DNA of 63,987 bases, the filler included, from Reticulomyxa filosa (Eukaryota; Protista; Foraminifera): the NCBI GenBank assembly GCA_000512085.1. It is 23 parts of 23 records of this genome, joined end to end, with 100 filler letters (N's around TTAATTAATTAA, not from the genome) between each part and the next. Parts side by side here need not be neighbours in the genome. Positions count along the whole stretch, not along the records: positions 16,673 to 26,516 come from ASPP01024385.1; positions 26,617 to 29,052 come from ASPP01026720.1; positions 29,153 to 30,751 come from ASPP01036347.1; positions 30,852 to 32,266 come from ASPP01026928.1; positions 32,367 to 33,767 come from ASPP01026580.1; positions 33,868 to 36,797 come from ASPP01018572.1; positions 36,898 to 39,291 come from ASPP01022747.1; 16 more parts are not named here. One strand, written 5' to 3'. The notes under the pieces were generated by a model. The model had not been told where the DNA came from, did not search any database, and worked only from the letters and a program-made list of their open reading frames with translations. This document shows, in pieces, positions 24,840 to 37,404 of this stretch (position 1 is the first letter of the stretch; the number at the start of each line of letters is the position of its first letter). The position numbers and the translations under genes were made by a program.

Positions 24840-25356
24840 GTGTATGTGGGAAACAAAAACCAGCGACCAAAGGGAGGAGCAAAGCGCCGTGGGACGGGTG
24901 GGGAAGGCCAAAAGCGAGCCAAGCCAGCGAAGCCTCCAAGAAAGGCATCAATGAACGGAGCCGAGATAAGTAGTAGCAATAACATCAGTAATGGCAATGG
25001 CAATAATAATAATAATAACAATGACAAAAAGATACGAGCGTCGCCATCGTCGCTGATTGTGACGAACAAGTCGAATGTGGCATTGCATACATATCAGCCG
25101 GCAAGCCTGCCCTCGTCTCTGCGCGCGAGCGAGACGAATGAGCGCATCCCTGCAACAGTGGGTGCACCGATTGCAATGGCGAGCGGGCCTATGCTCATGC
25201 ATAGTGAGAAACCAAAAAAGGGGATTACAATGAACGGACGAACATCCACGTCGTTATCGTCGTCATCCTCGTCGTCGTCGTCGTCCTCGTTGTCGTCATC
25301 GCCATCTCCGAATAAGAACGAAGGAGACACAGTGCATGATGATAATAATAACAACG

Positions 25357-25387
<31 letters not shown>

Positions 25388-26470
25388 GAATGAAGATGAG
25401 GATGAAGAAGGGGATATTATGGGGATGGTATATACGGTGGCGGTCAATTCGAAGAAGCAGGACAATAGCAATAGCATGGTGATATCTCGCAAGCTAAGTC
25501 AAAGCAAGACCAGGCCCGCATTGGAGGTGGACTCACGTTCGAACGGAGGTCATTACGACGAAGAAGACGATAATGACGATGATAATGACGATAGTGATGC
25601 CAAGGTTGAACATGTACATACCAAAAATCAGAAACAAAAGGATTTGTATCAGGTGACGTTCAAAACGCAAGTGCTAGGCATCGAGATCGTGCCTTATCGT
25701 CGCGACGAAAAGATCGGGGCCGTCGTGGTGAGCAATCGACACTCGAGCAAAGCGGCCAAGCAGGTGGTGCCCTACTCGTACATCACCAGCGTCAACGACG
25801 TCATCGTCGCCGACTGGGACCACCACGCCATTTTGCAGCTGCTCAAATACGACCCCAAAAAAAAAATCGACCACTTACTATCACCTTCCACAAGCCATCT
25901 GTCGTCTATCCCCGTTCCTTCTTTTCCGACGAAGACAACAACAACAACAACAACAACGACTCTAAAAAAGTTATCTCTTCTGCTTTTGCTTCTGCTTCTG
26001 CTGTTGCTACTGTTGTTCCTCCTCATTCGCATCATAATTTTAATCCCTCACAGAAATGCACGCATGTCAATTGTCAGAAGAAACCTGTCTCTTCTACAAC
26101 GACAGACTCGCAAGTGCAAGTGACTAAACAGGTGCCGTCGCCGGATACTTTGCTTGCTACGATCATCCGCAACAGCAACGAGGACGGGAAGAAGCACCAG
26201 TCGCTCGAGGAACTGAAACTGCTGTACGACGAGAAACTCAAAGTGGTGCATCAACACTATCGCCAACTCTATCATATCCACGCGGACACGCTCTCGTTTC
26301 AAACCATCCTTCACGACGCCGTCACCGACAAGGCCCAACAGCTCGCCGCGCTCTGCAAGGAAAACCTCCTGCTCATGGCCAAACTCACTCTCTGCGAACA
26401 AATGACACACTCCTTGCAACTTCACTGCTTTCAAGTCAATCAGCGCTTGCGAGACAAAATCAACCAATTG
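24840..26470 (+). CDS. Low-complexity protein with a PDZ-like domain and a C-terminal coiled coil (partial; homopolymer frameshift near 25860)
   Basis: LYQVTFKTQVLGIEI...YITSVNDVIVADWDHHAILQLLK, then after the A-run in another frame RPLTITF, which completes a PDZ-like fold. That frame is continuous with ORF 26114-26470. Confidence 0.6.
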
Positions 26471-26473
26471 TTA

Positions 26474-26516
<43 letters not shown>

Positions 26517-26616
26517 NNNNNNNNNNNNNNNNNNNNNNNNNNNNNNNNNNNNNNNNNNNNTTAATTAATTAANNNNNNNNNNNNNNNNNNNNNNNNNNNN
26601 NNNNNNNNNNNNNNNN

Positions 26617-29011
26617 ATTGGAAATTAAAAAAGTAATTGGCGTAGAAGAAGAAGAAGATTCTTGAAGTTATTGGTGATCATACATGGGAAAAATTAATCG
26701 ATACTCCAGCGATTCCTCTGACAAAAATAATAGTTGCGGTCACGTGCAAGATTTAAAGTATTTAAAAGAAAATAAAAGTTGCGTGTATTGTGGTAAGTCA
26801 AGTGAAAGCGTAATTAAAGTGTACTCGCATCAACAATTAAACAGAAAAAAGAAGAAAAAAAAGGGGATATATTTAGAAAAATTTTCTTTAATACTTAATT
26901 ATCTTTTTTGTTGTATTCTAGTATAGTGTTTCATATTAAATCCATTTTATTAATCATTTTCTTTTCTCTTTCGAATTGCTTAATTGCTTTTTTGTTTATA
27001 TGAATAATCTTTTCACTTCTGCATTTTTTCACACAATTTGCTTTTTTTCATCTTTCTGCAATTGTACTTTTTGCAATTTTTTAAACATTGGTTGAATTGT
27101 AATTGTATTTAATAAATTAATTATTATTTTTAAATAAAAATATTTCACAGCAGGGAGCAATTCAAATCACTTCAAATTAATAAGAAACAAAAAAATTAAA
27201 AAACGTCTTGTTTGGATTCTAAATGTTATGCCAACAGAGTTGACTTTTGGCGCTTTGACAAAAAAAAAATCGATGCAAGTCTAGAAATTATTATCACAAT
27301 TGGAGCTTTTTATGATTATTCAACACGTGAGTTACCTCAAAGACTGTTGCATCATTTCTTGCGCAAAATGACAAGGGCACGTACTAAAAAATTGATCGGA
27401 AATGCTTTTTAAATACATAATGGATGAGTAACGTGTTATAATTGAAATAACATTAAATTCTGTAGCACGGACAGCACTCCAATTTCCGAAAGTTTTATTA
27501 CATTATTATACATATCAGTATCACTTAAATATAAACAGTAATATTTTTATTTATAATTATTATTATTTTTTAGAGTATTATTTCATGTAAACAGTTCTGA
27601 TATATCTTAAACTCACTTTATACTAAAAAAAATTTTCTATATGCAAAATAGTTAATAACTTTTATATTTTAAAAAATATCTACGAATCGTGTATTTTTAA
27701 TATGTGTGTATAAACATTTTCTGAATTAAGTATTGTGATTATATTTTTTGCATAATACACATATTGCCTTTTCATAATAAACTTTATCAAAATAACAAAC
27801 TTTATCTTTTTTTTGATATATCACTTTTTTAAAAACTTTGGTCTTTCAGTGCTTATTTATAGTCTTGTTAAATTCAGTTGCTGACAATTTATACAGAATT
27901 GTATTTCAATTTCAATGATTGAATTATCAATAATTAAATAACGAAATTATTGAATTTATAAAATATTTATAAAGAAAAAAAATTGTATCTATAGTATAGG
28001 GCGTGTACAAATTTCTTTTATGAAATTTTACAATGGTCTCAACTCATGGGAGAAAAAAAAATTATCTTTTCTATCAACTCCATTAAGAAATTAATAAATT
28101 TTCACAAAATAAAAATATTTGATGTGCGCAAAACTAAATTAAAAAGAAAACACAATAATGTTTAAAAAAAATTAAAATTAAATAATTGTTTTTCATATAG
28201 AAAATCGATTATCTTCATAAAGTAGCATAATAGGTGTACCATTTTTTTTTTACAAAACACAAATTTTTTTTGTTCTTAGATGGGAAGTAAAGAATGGAGT
28301 TGATAGAAAAGATAATTTTTTTTTCTCCAATTGTGATAATAATTTCTAGACTTGCATCGATTTTTTTTTTTGTCAAAGCGCCAAAAGTCAACTCTGTTGG
28401 CATAACATTTAGAATCCAAACAAGACGTTTTTTAATTTTTTTGTTTCTTATTAATTTGAAGTGATTTGAATTGCTCCCTGCTGTGAAATATTTTTATTTA
28501 AAAATAATAATTAATTTATTAAATACAATTACAATTCAACCAATGTTTAAAAAATTGCAAAAAGTACAATTGCAGAAAGATGAAAAAAAGCAAATTGTGT
28601 GAAAAAATGCAGAAGTGAAAAGATTATTCATATAAACAAAAAAGCAATTAAGCAATTCGAAAGAGAAAAGAAAATGATTAATAAAATGGATTTAATATGA
28701 AACACTATACTAGAATACAACAAAAAAGATAATTAAGTATTAAAGAAAATTTTTCTAAATATATCCCCTTTTTTTTCTTCTTTTTTCTGTTTAATTGTTG
28801 ATGCGAGTACACTTTAATTACGCTTTCACTTGACTTACCACAATACACGCAACTTTTATTTTCTTTTAAATACTTTAAATCTTGCACGTGACCGCAACTA
28901 TTATTTTTGTCAGAGGAATCGCTGGAGTATCGATTAATTTTTCCCATGTATGATCACCAATAACTTCAAGAATCTTCTTCTTCTACGCCAATTACTTTTT
29001 TAATTTCCAAT
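26617..29011. repeat. Long inverted duplication: arms 26617-27305 and 28325-29011 (about 690 bp, near identical), spacer about 1 kb
   Basis: Identical 80-aa ORFs at 26684-26926(+) and 28705-28947(-). The arm differences I could see are one GAA unit and homopolymer length. Confidence 0.95.
28049..28328. repeat. 36-bp inverted repeat pair enclosing about 280 bp (MITE-like)
   Basis: ggag-A-run-ttatcttttctatcaactccatt at 28049-28084 and its reverse complement at 28293-28328. Confidence 0.7.
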
Positions 29012-29152
29012 AATTCTTCTTCTTTATTTACTAATTTTTCTTTTAATATTTCNNNNNNNNNNNNNNNNNNNNNNNNNNNNNNNNNNNNNNNNNNNNTTAA
29101 TTAATTAANNNNNNNNNNNNNNNNNNNNNNNNNNNNNNNNNNNNNNNNNNNN

Positions 29153-30751
29153 TTATGGTTCAATCAAAGGTCCCATTCGTATTTGGGGATAATTTACTCT
29201 TTTTTGTCGAATAAGAAATGAAAATGTTTTTGTTTGAAAAGTTTGACTAAAAGAAAAGTAAGTTGATATTAAACATGTTTGATTTAATTGAATGCAAGCA
29301 TTGAAAGATGTGTTTTATCTTACTTTGTTGCTAAAAAACTGAAAAAAGCTTCATTCAATGTTTTTTGAAGAATTGAAAATCATAATAAATTAAATTGTGT
29401 ACAAATATCGAAATAAATTGCAAAAGATTATAAGTGTTGAGAACAAAGATATTAAAAAAAAATTTTTTGAGAATTGTTTTACGTTTATTCCATACGTTTT
29501 TGGTAACAAGATATTTTTAATGGAGAAAAAAAAATGATAAATAAAAAAGCTTTATTCACATATGTTCATCCCCAAACATAAATTGGGCAATCTTTTTTTG
29601 ATTTATTTTTTTTTTCAATTGTTCAATTTCAGTAAGATGATATCCTAATTAATGGTATATTTAAATGTTCATTCATATTTTTATTTTACTAAAACACATA
29701 TTACAATCATGTTCAATATATTTGTTTTTTGTTTTTTTTTTTATTATTCAATTATTTCAAATTTTTGATGAAATTGTCTTTGACATACAGTTTATTAATT
29801 TTTTGAGTTGCCTTTACTTTAACAGTTATTAGAAATTGTTTTGGACAATTCTCTCTTGTAATCAGCGCTTCATTCACATTTTCATGTTGTTTTCCATCAC
29901 TTGCCATTAACATATTTCCATTGTCTTTACGTTCACCAAATAATCATAATCAAACCATTCACATTTTAAAGATTTTCTACATGCTATTGTCATTTTATTC
30001 ACTGATAGCAATCATTATTGCAAATACATTTTTTATTGTTTTTGTTTTCCCAAGTATTACTGGTTGTTGAAATAATTTTAAATATAGTTTCATTATTTTC
30101 AAATTTGTTCTTTACATCTTCGTCTGATTAAACAATATTGTTTTTTATATTAATTTCTTTCAATATGAATTAAATGTATTGTAATTGTATTCATTTTCGA
30201 ATATAAATGATAATCTCTATCAGATTTACATCCACAAATGATTATTTCGTGTTTAAATAGCATACATTGAGTTTTCTGAAGTGTAATTTTTTTAAAGTTT
30301 GAAATTATTATGTTTCTCTTTAAAAAAAAATTTGAATGATAATCATAGAAATAAAAAATATTATCATTATTTGATACAAAAAATTTTACTTACAAAATGG
30401 ATTTATTTTATTGAAAATAAATAAATATGTATTATATTGCTTTGTTTCTTTTGATATCATTGTTTTAAATATTTTCATGGATCCATGATTTTAACAAAAT
30501 TATTGTCAATTATGTCAATATCAGTGAATCAAATAGTCAATGATTTAAAACTTTTTATGAGCACACTGAATATTGATTATTCAATATTTCATTTGTCCAT
30601 AAAACAGTTCGTGTGTTAGATATTGAAAGTAATAAACAAGTTTAATCATTCAATAAAACATTCGATCAATAGTTTTAATTCTTTATGCTTGAATAAAAAA
30701 CGCAAGTCTTGTAGAGCAATTGATAGGGAAAACGTATGCATCACAAGACTA
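29153..30751. pseudogene. Mosaic of degraded fragments of expanded gene families
   Basis: WD40-family C-terminus YGSIKGPIRIWG* (+, about 29154-29192). RING/TRAF-like QHENVNEALITRENCPKQFL (-, about 29830-29890). Kelch N-terminus TQCMLFKHEIIICG (-, about 30230-30275). WD40-family N-terminus WIHDFNKIIVNYV and KTVRVLDIESNKQV*SFN (+, about 30478-30655). Confidence 0.6.
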
Positions 30752-31088
30752 NNNNNNNNNNNNNNNNNNNNNNNNNNNNNNNNNNNNNNNNNNNNTTAAT
30801 TAATTAANNNNNNNNNNNNNNNNNNNNNNNNNNNNNNNNNNNNNNNNNNNNGAAGACTGAGTAATATTGTAAAATAAGTCAATCAGTCAATCAAAAAATT
30901 AAAGGAAAGATATCCTTGTGCATTAAAACCATTTTTGAAAATAAACGTTCCAAAACGTGCAAAACACAAGGAAAAAACGTCAGCCACAAGCATTCAAAAT
31001 ATGTCTCATTGACAACTAAATCAACGTTTATACGAAACAAAAGCGAACAATTGAAGCTAAAAACTCTTGTCAATAGTATTATTTCATT

Positions 31089-31750
31089 TTACTCTTCATC
31101 CCAATTCATATTTTGAGCAGCAAAATCAGTGTCAATAGCATGACAGTTCAATATTGCATACAATAATTTCTTTTTCATAATTTCCTTAGATGAATACTTA
31201 GGTAACTCGAGAGAAAAGAAACAAGTGTCTATTAACAAAAAAAAAAAAAAAAAAAAGTTTTGTATAAAAAAAATAATGGAAAGAAAAAAAACAACAACAA
31301 AAATGACATACGGCTGACGGGTAAAACATTATCATCATTCAATGGAGATGTTTGAATACCAAATGGATCTTGGAAATCTTCAGAACGAGCAGGGAGTCGG
31401 CTTTGTCCCCACACAAAACGTAAAAAGTTGCTACGTTGTTGATGGGTGAATTCTTCTAAGACTTGCCAAAAATATTGAACATGTTTATCGGTTGCTTTGA
31501 CGCCATACTTATAAACAGTGTTGGCTCTGAGCAACTCCAAATCAATTTCATGTTTCCCACAAACCATCAATTCGAGTTCTTGCCACGTAAATAACGGTAA
31601 CAAGGCAATTGGTACAATTGTGGCCAGTCCTCGCCGTATTGCATCTACTTGAGTACTAAACTCATTTAATCGATACTGCTCCAGATATTGTACATATTCC
31701 TTTCGATTTTCCCATCTGTTTTTTGAATGATTTATTTGAATGTTGTCCAA
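31089..31750 (-). CDS. HECT E3 ubiquitin ligase C-terminal lobe (HERC-like), partial
   Basis: LFTWQELELMVCG, FWQVLEEFT..QRSNFLRFVWGQSRLP. Intron 31229-31311 restores LPVS-H-TCFFSLELPKYSS...LLYAILNCHAIDTD with the catalytic Cys. Stop at 31089. Confidence 0.9.
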
Positions 31751-33427
31751 ATTGCATACAATTTTTTTCTTTTTAAAGATCTTTAAAAAATAGGATTGCT
31801 TTGGATAAATAAAATGAATTTAAAGATATGTTCATTTTGTAAAATTTGAAGTTAAATCACGTTGATGGGTGACAGTTTCCATTTCTTCTTCGGTCGTAAG
31901 ATCGGGTATTATTTGAAATTAGTAATGTCTTTTCATATCACTTTCTTTTAATGAGACATTAATAATTGGCAAAAGCAATAAATTCCAACATGGCAATTAC
32001 TCCAGCATCAACTGCAAAACCACCACAAAAATTATCAACAGTATTGAAATAATCATACATCAATGTTTGTAGATTGTCATCCGTTTGTGGTTGAAGTTCT
32101 TTTTGTGTATTATCCATATTGTTGTTTTTATCAGATATACTAATTCCGTTTAAGAATCGCTGAAACAGAACATAAACTCGGGCAGATTATGGTGAAAGTG
32201 TTTATGTTATTGTGAACATAAAATATTTTTAAGAACAAAAAGTTTGCAATTGTAGTGTAAAAAAAANNNNNNNNNNNNNNNNNNNNNNNNNNNNNNNNNN
32301 NNNNNNNNNNTTAATTAATTAANNNNNNNNNNNNNNNNNNNNNNNNNNNNNNNNNNNNNNNNNNNNTGTACGCGACGTATGTACATCAAGTACAGTACTA
32401 GCTGACCATGGAAAACAACAATCTAACGACGCCTAAATACGGCAAGGACGTGCTAAGCGAGCAAGACCGTGTGCTTGAAGCCTTATGCAGTGCAAATCAT
32501 TATGCCATTGTTCCAAGTCGTTGCAAAATTCCTGGTTGCTAAAAGGATACAGCTACGAAGAATCGAAATCGATATATTATTGCGACTGCTCCAATATGCC
32601 AACTTTGTCTTTGACCTGTCTTCACGACGTATGTACATGCTCAATCAAACCTGCAATTGCATTCAAACGCGCAGTCACAATTGCAGTCGTATTTGCAATC
32701 GCAATCGCAGTTACAGTTATCTCGTCAGTCACGAATCGAATGAGATATTGTAAGTTATCATAATACTACAGGAGCTGGTGTTGATGAACTTGCATTTCAC
32801 CAATTTGCACTTGGACATATTCTTGCCTCATATCTTGAAAAATGGATCGATGACTCTTCATTGAAACGACAACACAAGCATTTGGACTTTAATCAATCTT
32901 GCTTTTTAACATGTCTGCAAGAACTATCTCCGGTTATATCAAATAATCATCTTGTCGCTGATTTATTAATTATTTAGGAAATATGTAAAAAATAAAAACA
33001 ATTAAACTTTACATAGCAATTTGGATAAAGGAAAAATAGATGAATAAATAAAAATAATTAAATTTGTACAACAAAGCAAGCATTTATCACATTATTACAT
33101 TTTATTGTACATTTTCTATAACTCTTGCAAAAAGTTTTCTAAATTGATGTAGAATTCCATAACATAATAAGGCAATTGAAGATTATGTTAGAAATTTTTG
33201 GGGTTAATTACGAAGGCATATTTGATTTATATAACAAGGAAAAATAAAAAAATTGATTGTGTATGTTATTCGTTTCATCAATAAAATTTGAACCAACTCA
33301 GTTTTCACGTATTTTTATGCTGCCATTCATGAAATAGCAATTCTCAACCACATTATGTATGATTCAATTCAATATCGTGTATGTGGTAAAAAATAAATTG
33401 TAATATTCTATACTTGAATAGTACAAG

Positions 33428-33767
33428 TATTATGAACGAATTCGAGCATGGAAACCTAATAATTAAATGGAAGAGGAATTAACACAAGCAAGTAACGAAA
33501 TATTGACAAAGATTAATGATATAATCTGTGAATGGATTGACGAAAAGGAAATTTAAAAAAAATTGCAAATCGATCTAAACCACATTCAGAAATTTGTATA
33601 TTAAAACCTCCACAATTGAAGAAATAAACGAAGAACAAATTAATTCTCAAAAAGATATTTTATTAAAATTAATTAAATTTGTATGTAATCAACTTTGTAA
33701 ATTCAATCCAAAGGAAATGAAAGGCAAGAATATTTATGTGATTTTATTTGAATTTTTAAGAAACACA
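33428..33767 (+). pseudogene. Decayed paralogue of the 18704-24045 NLR-like gene (end of NTase domain and linker)
   Basis: YYERIRAWKPNN*MEEELTQASNEILTKINDIICEWIDEKEI*...FVCNQLCKFNPKEMKGKNIYVILFEF aligns with FYEHIRAWGPKNQGEEDLKQASDETLTKINDIICEWVDDKAIQ...FVYKQLCTFVPEKVKGKAIHVVLYEY. Confidence 0.9.
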
Positions 33768-33867
33768 NNNNNNNNNNNNNNNNNNNNNNNNNNNNNNNNN
33801 NNNNNNNNNNNTTAATTAATTAANNNNNNNNNNNNNNNNNNNNNNNNNNNNNNNNNNNNNNNNNNNN

Positions 33868-34410
33868 CTGCTTATAAAATAAAGAGAATTGGATTTTCAG
33901 CAAGATAATGCGACATGCCATAAATCGAAAAAAATTATGAAATGATTAAAACAAAAAAAAAAATGAAAACAATGAATTACTGCAAATTAATCTGATTTAA
34001 ATCCAATTGAAAATCTTTGGTGGATAGTAAATACAATGATTCACAAAAAATGACTATTTAATACAACTGAAGAAATTTGGAACCAATTCGAAACAGAATG
34101 TGAAAAAATAGAAACAAATATTTGTGAAACCTTAATAAAGTTAATACCAAAAAAATAATACAATTTTTTTACTAAATGCAGAATTCGCAATTCAAAAAAT
34201 TACAAATAAATAAAATAAAATTTCTAAGTTCTTATGCCATTTTTTTGTTGCTGCTTGTCACATCTTTTTGTTTTGTTTGCTATAAATTTATTTCTTTATT
34301 GGTGCCATAATAAAGAAAGTAAAAGTTAAGTTTATTTTTATTTGTGAGTTCGGACTGAGTTGAAGAACAACAATCAAAGTTTTTCGTTGCTTTGGTTAAC
34401 AATATTTATA
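33868..34410 (+). mobile_element. Tc1/mariner (IS630-Tc1) transposase remnant with 3' end
   Basis: WIFQQDNATCHKSK and SDLNPIENLWWIV are the second D and the E of the DDE catalytic motif. Stops and frameshifts are present. Confidence 0.85.
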
Positions 34411-34839
34411 AAAAGCAGTATTTTCTTGATTGTACTATAGATTCGGAGCCTTGCAACGGCAATTTAATGTCCGGATGTATATCCAGTTATGCTCTCGCAA
34501 TGTTTATGTAACTCCAAGAAACGTTCTTTTTTTGCGGATTCAGACTATGTTTCTGTTTTTATAAAATTATTGTTTGAAAATTTTTTTTATCAATAAAAAT
34601 AGTCAAAGTGGAGATATATTGAATGTGTCATGTCATACTATTTGAAGCGGCGTAGTTTAATGCGTAAAGCATGACAAATTTATTATGCAAAATGTTGAAA
34701 TAAAAAAATGACAACACCAATTTCAAGTAATGGTGTAAATATGCATTTATCAAATTAAAAAGCATGACGTTGTAATTTGCATACGTAATATTAAAGATGC
34801 AGAATTTATAATCAAATTAAAGATAGTACTATTTTTTTT

Positions 34840-35140
34840 TATAGTACTGTTCACAAAATAATAAAAACTTTTTGCTTGTTGTTCTTCGGCCCAAGTCCGA
34901 AGTAACAAAATCAAAAAGTTTCAAATAAACAAACTTAACTTTTTTTTCTTTATTGTAGAGTCAATAAAGAAAGAATTTTGAGAACACAAACCAAAAAAAA
35001 GAGCAATTCAGAACTTTGCTCATAACTTAAAAATTTATTTCGTTTTTGAGTTTTTTTTGAATTGCGAATTCTGTATTTGGTTAAAGATAATTTCAGTAAA
35101 AAAAATTTTATTACACTCTTTGGAAATTATTGAAAAACTT
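34840..35140 (-). mobile_element. Second, inverted 3' end of the same Tc1-like family
   Basis: Reverse complement of about 34863-35085 matches 34165-34385 (cagaattcgcaattcaaaaa; ttctttattg; aagttaagttt; ttcggact..gaagaacaacaa). Confidence 0.65.
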
Positions 35141-35684
35141 AATTGGACTTGCAAAAAATACTTATAAAAATTACAACAATTATGTGTTTAAATGTCATGC
35201 CCTTTTTAATTAATAATAATGTTTGATTTTTTAGACAATTTTATCTTGATATGCTTGTCTAACTTTTACTCTGTCAATGGTCTACTTTATGGTGAAAAAA
35301 ATATCGTGTAAATGGTCGGAACAGCATGCTGCTCAGTGTATACTAAAGCAGTTTCTTTTGATGCTGCCCTTCAAAAAAGTGGTTAAATGTCCAGATGTCT
35401 TCAGTTTAAAATAATCTAAATTTTTAAAGATCTTTTTATTTCTTTTTTTGAGAATTGTAAAAAAATAACCATTTGTCATAGTGAGAACACAAATAATTCC
35501 AAGCTAAGTTCCAGCAAGAGAAAACTAGCAAAATTGATTAAAATATGTTATATTTCATAATAAAAACAATAATTTGCAGTTGTTAAACAAAATTTCGCAG
35601 TTTTTTTTTTAGCAAATCAATTTTTTGTAGCCACTAATCTGTGATTGCAAATCTGTTTTAATATATCAATAAATAAAAAAAGAA

Positions 35685-36797
35685 ATGACAAGAGGAAGCG
35701 TCATATATACTTTTGTAGGGTTAGGGCTAATGCCGTTTCTCTGGGTCGTTGTTTGTTTTTTGTTGAGGGTGATCCATTTAAATCGAAGACATATAGTAAT
35801 CCGCGCGCGAGGCTATCGATTTACAATGGCATTAGTAGTATCGTGGCTATGCTGTTCGGTGACAAGTTATATTCGTATGCTATTACTGTCAGTGTGGAGT
35901 AGCAATAGTGTGATGATGGCAATGAGGAGTTTAACGGATTCATTTGCAGCTGTAAGCGTATTTCTAATATTTTCAAGGTCGTTTTCAACGTATTACAAAT
36001 GGAGAGAGCAAAATAGTATGTGTGATAAATATTTGCGTTTAAAAGCAAAAAGATTTTATTTTCCACTCCTTCTGCGATGTAATTCGGTTTACACCAATCG
36101 ATTTCTGATTACTGCGTTGGGTATTTTGGTCCTTCTTTCTACGTTGCCCTGGTTTATGTCAATAAAACTATATATATACGTATTAAATGTGGCATTCACA
36201 CTGATTACTATCTACGGAAGCGTAGGGTTGGTGTTGACGCTGTTTATTAACGATGCACTTGCTGTTCGAGCAGAAATGATTATCATTTTGGCTGTTGTGT
36301 TGCTCTTATTTCCAACAGAAATAATGTTCCCTCATGACGAAGTCATCCGAAATTGCACCTTAAATTTGCTTACTGTATTTCTTGCCCTAGTCAATGTTAT
36401 TGTCCCCCTCGTCAAAGTGTTCCGATTCCAGCAGAAATCACTTCATTACAAATGGTTTGAATTTTTAGGTCTTACGTGTACGTATTCCCATGAGTCTTAC
36501 TTGCCTGAAGCAAAGACAGTCACCAATCTTTCGACACCACCAATTGGTCTGCTCAGACCCCCGTCTATTGCTATCAGCATTTCCAGTAGTGAGACAAGCC
36601 AAACACAATATCCAGTCCGTTTGATTGACTTTCTGAAACGTGGTCAGTCGGAGTATATCACTTTCGCCGAGTTTTTGGTTCAATGTTTTGCCAGCGAAGT
36701 TTTGCATTATCTCTTTTGTGTTCTTTCACATGACCTCTTTATCTTTTTTTAGAAACCTGCTTTTTTTTTTTTAAAAAAAAACCTTATTTTGGTGGAG
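35685..36797 (+). CDS. 7TM-RGS protein (multi-TM domain followed by start of an RGS domain), partial
   Basis: About 7 hydrophobic helices, then LIDFLKRGQSEYITFAEFLVQCFASE and, after a short intron, NLLF. This is the RGS F..FL..EF..ENL.F motif. Confidence 0.7.
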
Positions 36798-37404
36798 NNN
36801 NNNNNNNNNNNNNNNNNNNNNNNNNNNNNNNNNNNNNNNNNTTAATTAATTAANNNNNNNNNNNNNNNNNNNNNNNNNNNNNNNNNNNNNNNNNNNNACA
36901 TCATCTAATTAAGAAACCAAGAACCAAAAGAAAGAAACTGAATAAGATGGAAGAAGAGAAAATCAAAGACAATGCGAAACTGGACTTGAAGTCAATTACG
37001 AACAACACACTTGCTTTGAAAAAAATTGTATTTTTGGAAAGAAATATCAATGTCCCGAAAAAAAAAAGTAAATTTATACTTTCTTGACTCCAAGTTGTTA
37101 TACAAAAAGCAAAGAACTTGGAGTAATTATATCAACAAAGCCCATAATTTAGCCAATTTGTTTTTTTTTAAAAACAATTCTCAAAAGAACACTTTGGAAA
37201 TTTAGCTTTAACTTTGGAATAATATCCAAGAAGACTGCACTTGCTCTTTGAAATGGGAGTCAACTATTATTGAGTTCTTCAGCAATAGGCCAAACACTAC
37301 CGAGCATAAATACTGGAATAGTTGAAGAAATCATATCAGTGCTGATTTGGATGCCACCAATTTGCGGCAAAAAAAAAAAAAAAGGAAGAAGAATGAGAAA
37401 GCTA

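Noticed and set aside
26684-26926. Duplicated 80-aa ORF with CxxC (CVYC) as a real gene pair
   Set aside because: The identity comes from the inverted duplication. No recognisable family, and it runs through homopolymer tracts.
33464-33556. TAA=Gln alternative genetic code
   Set aside because: TAA and TAG terminate intact genes in this window, long ORFs have no in-frame TAA, and the fragment also has frameshifts.
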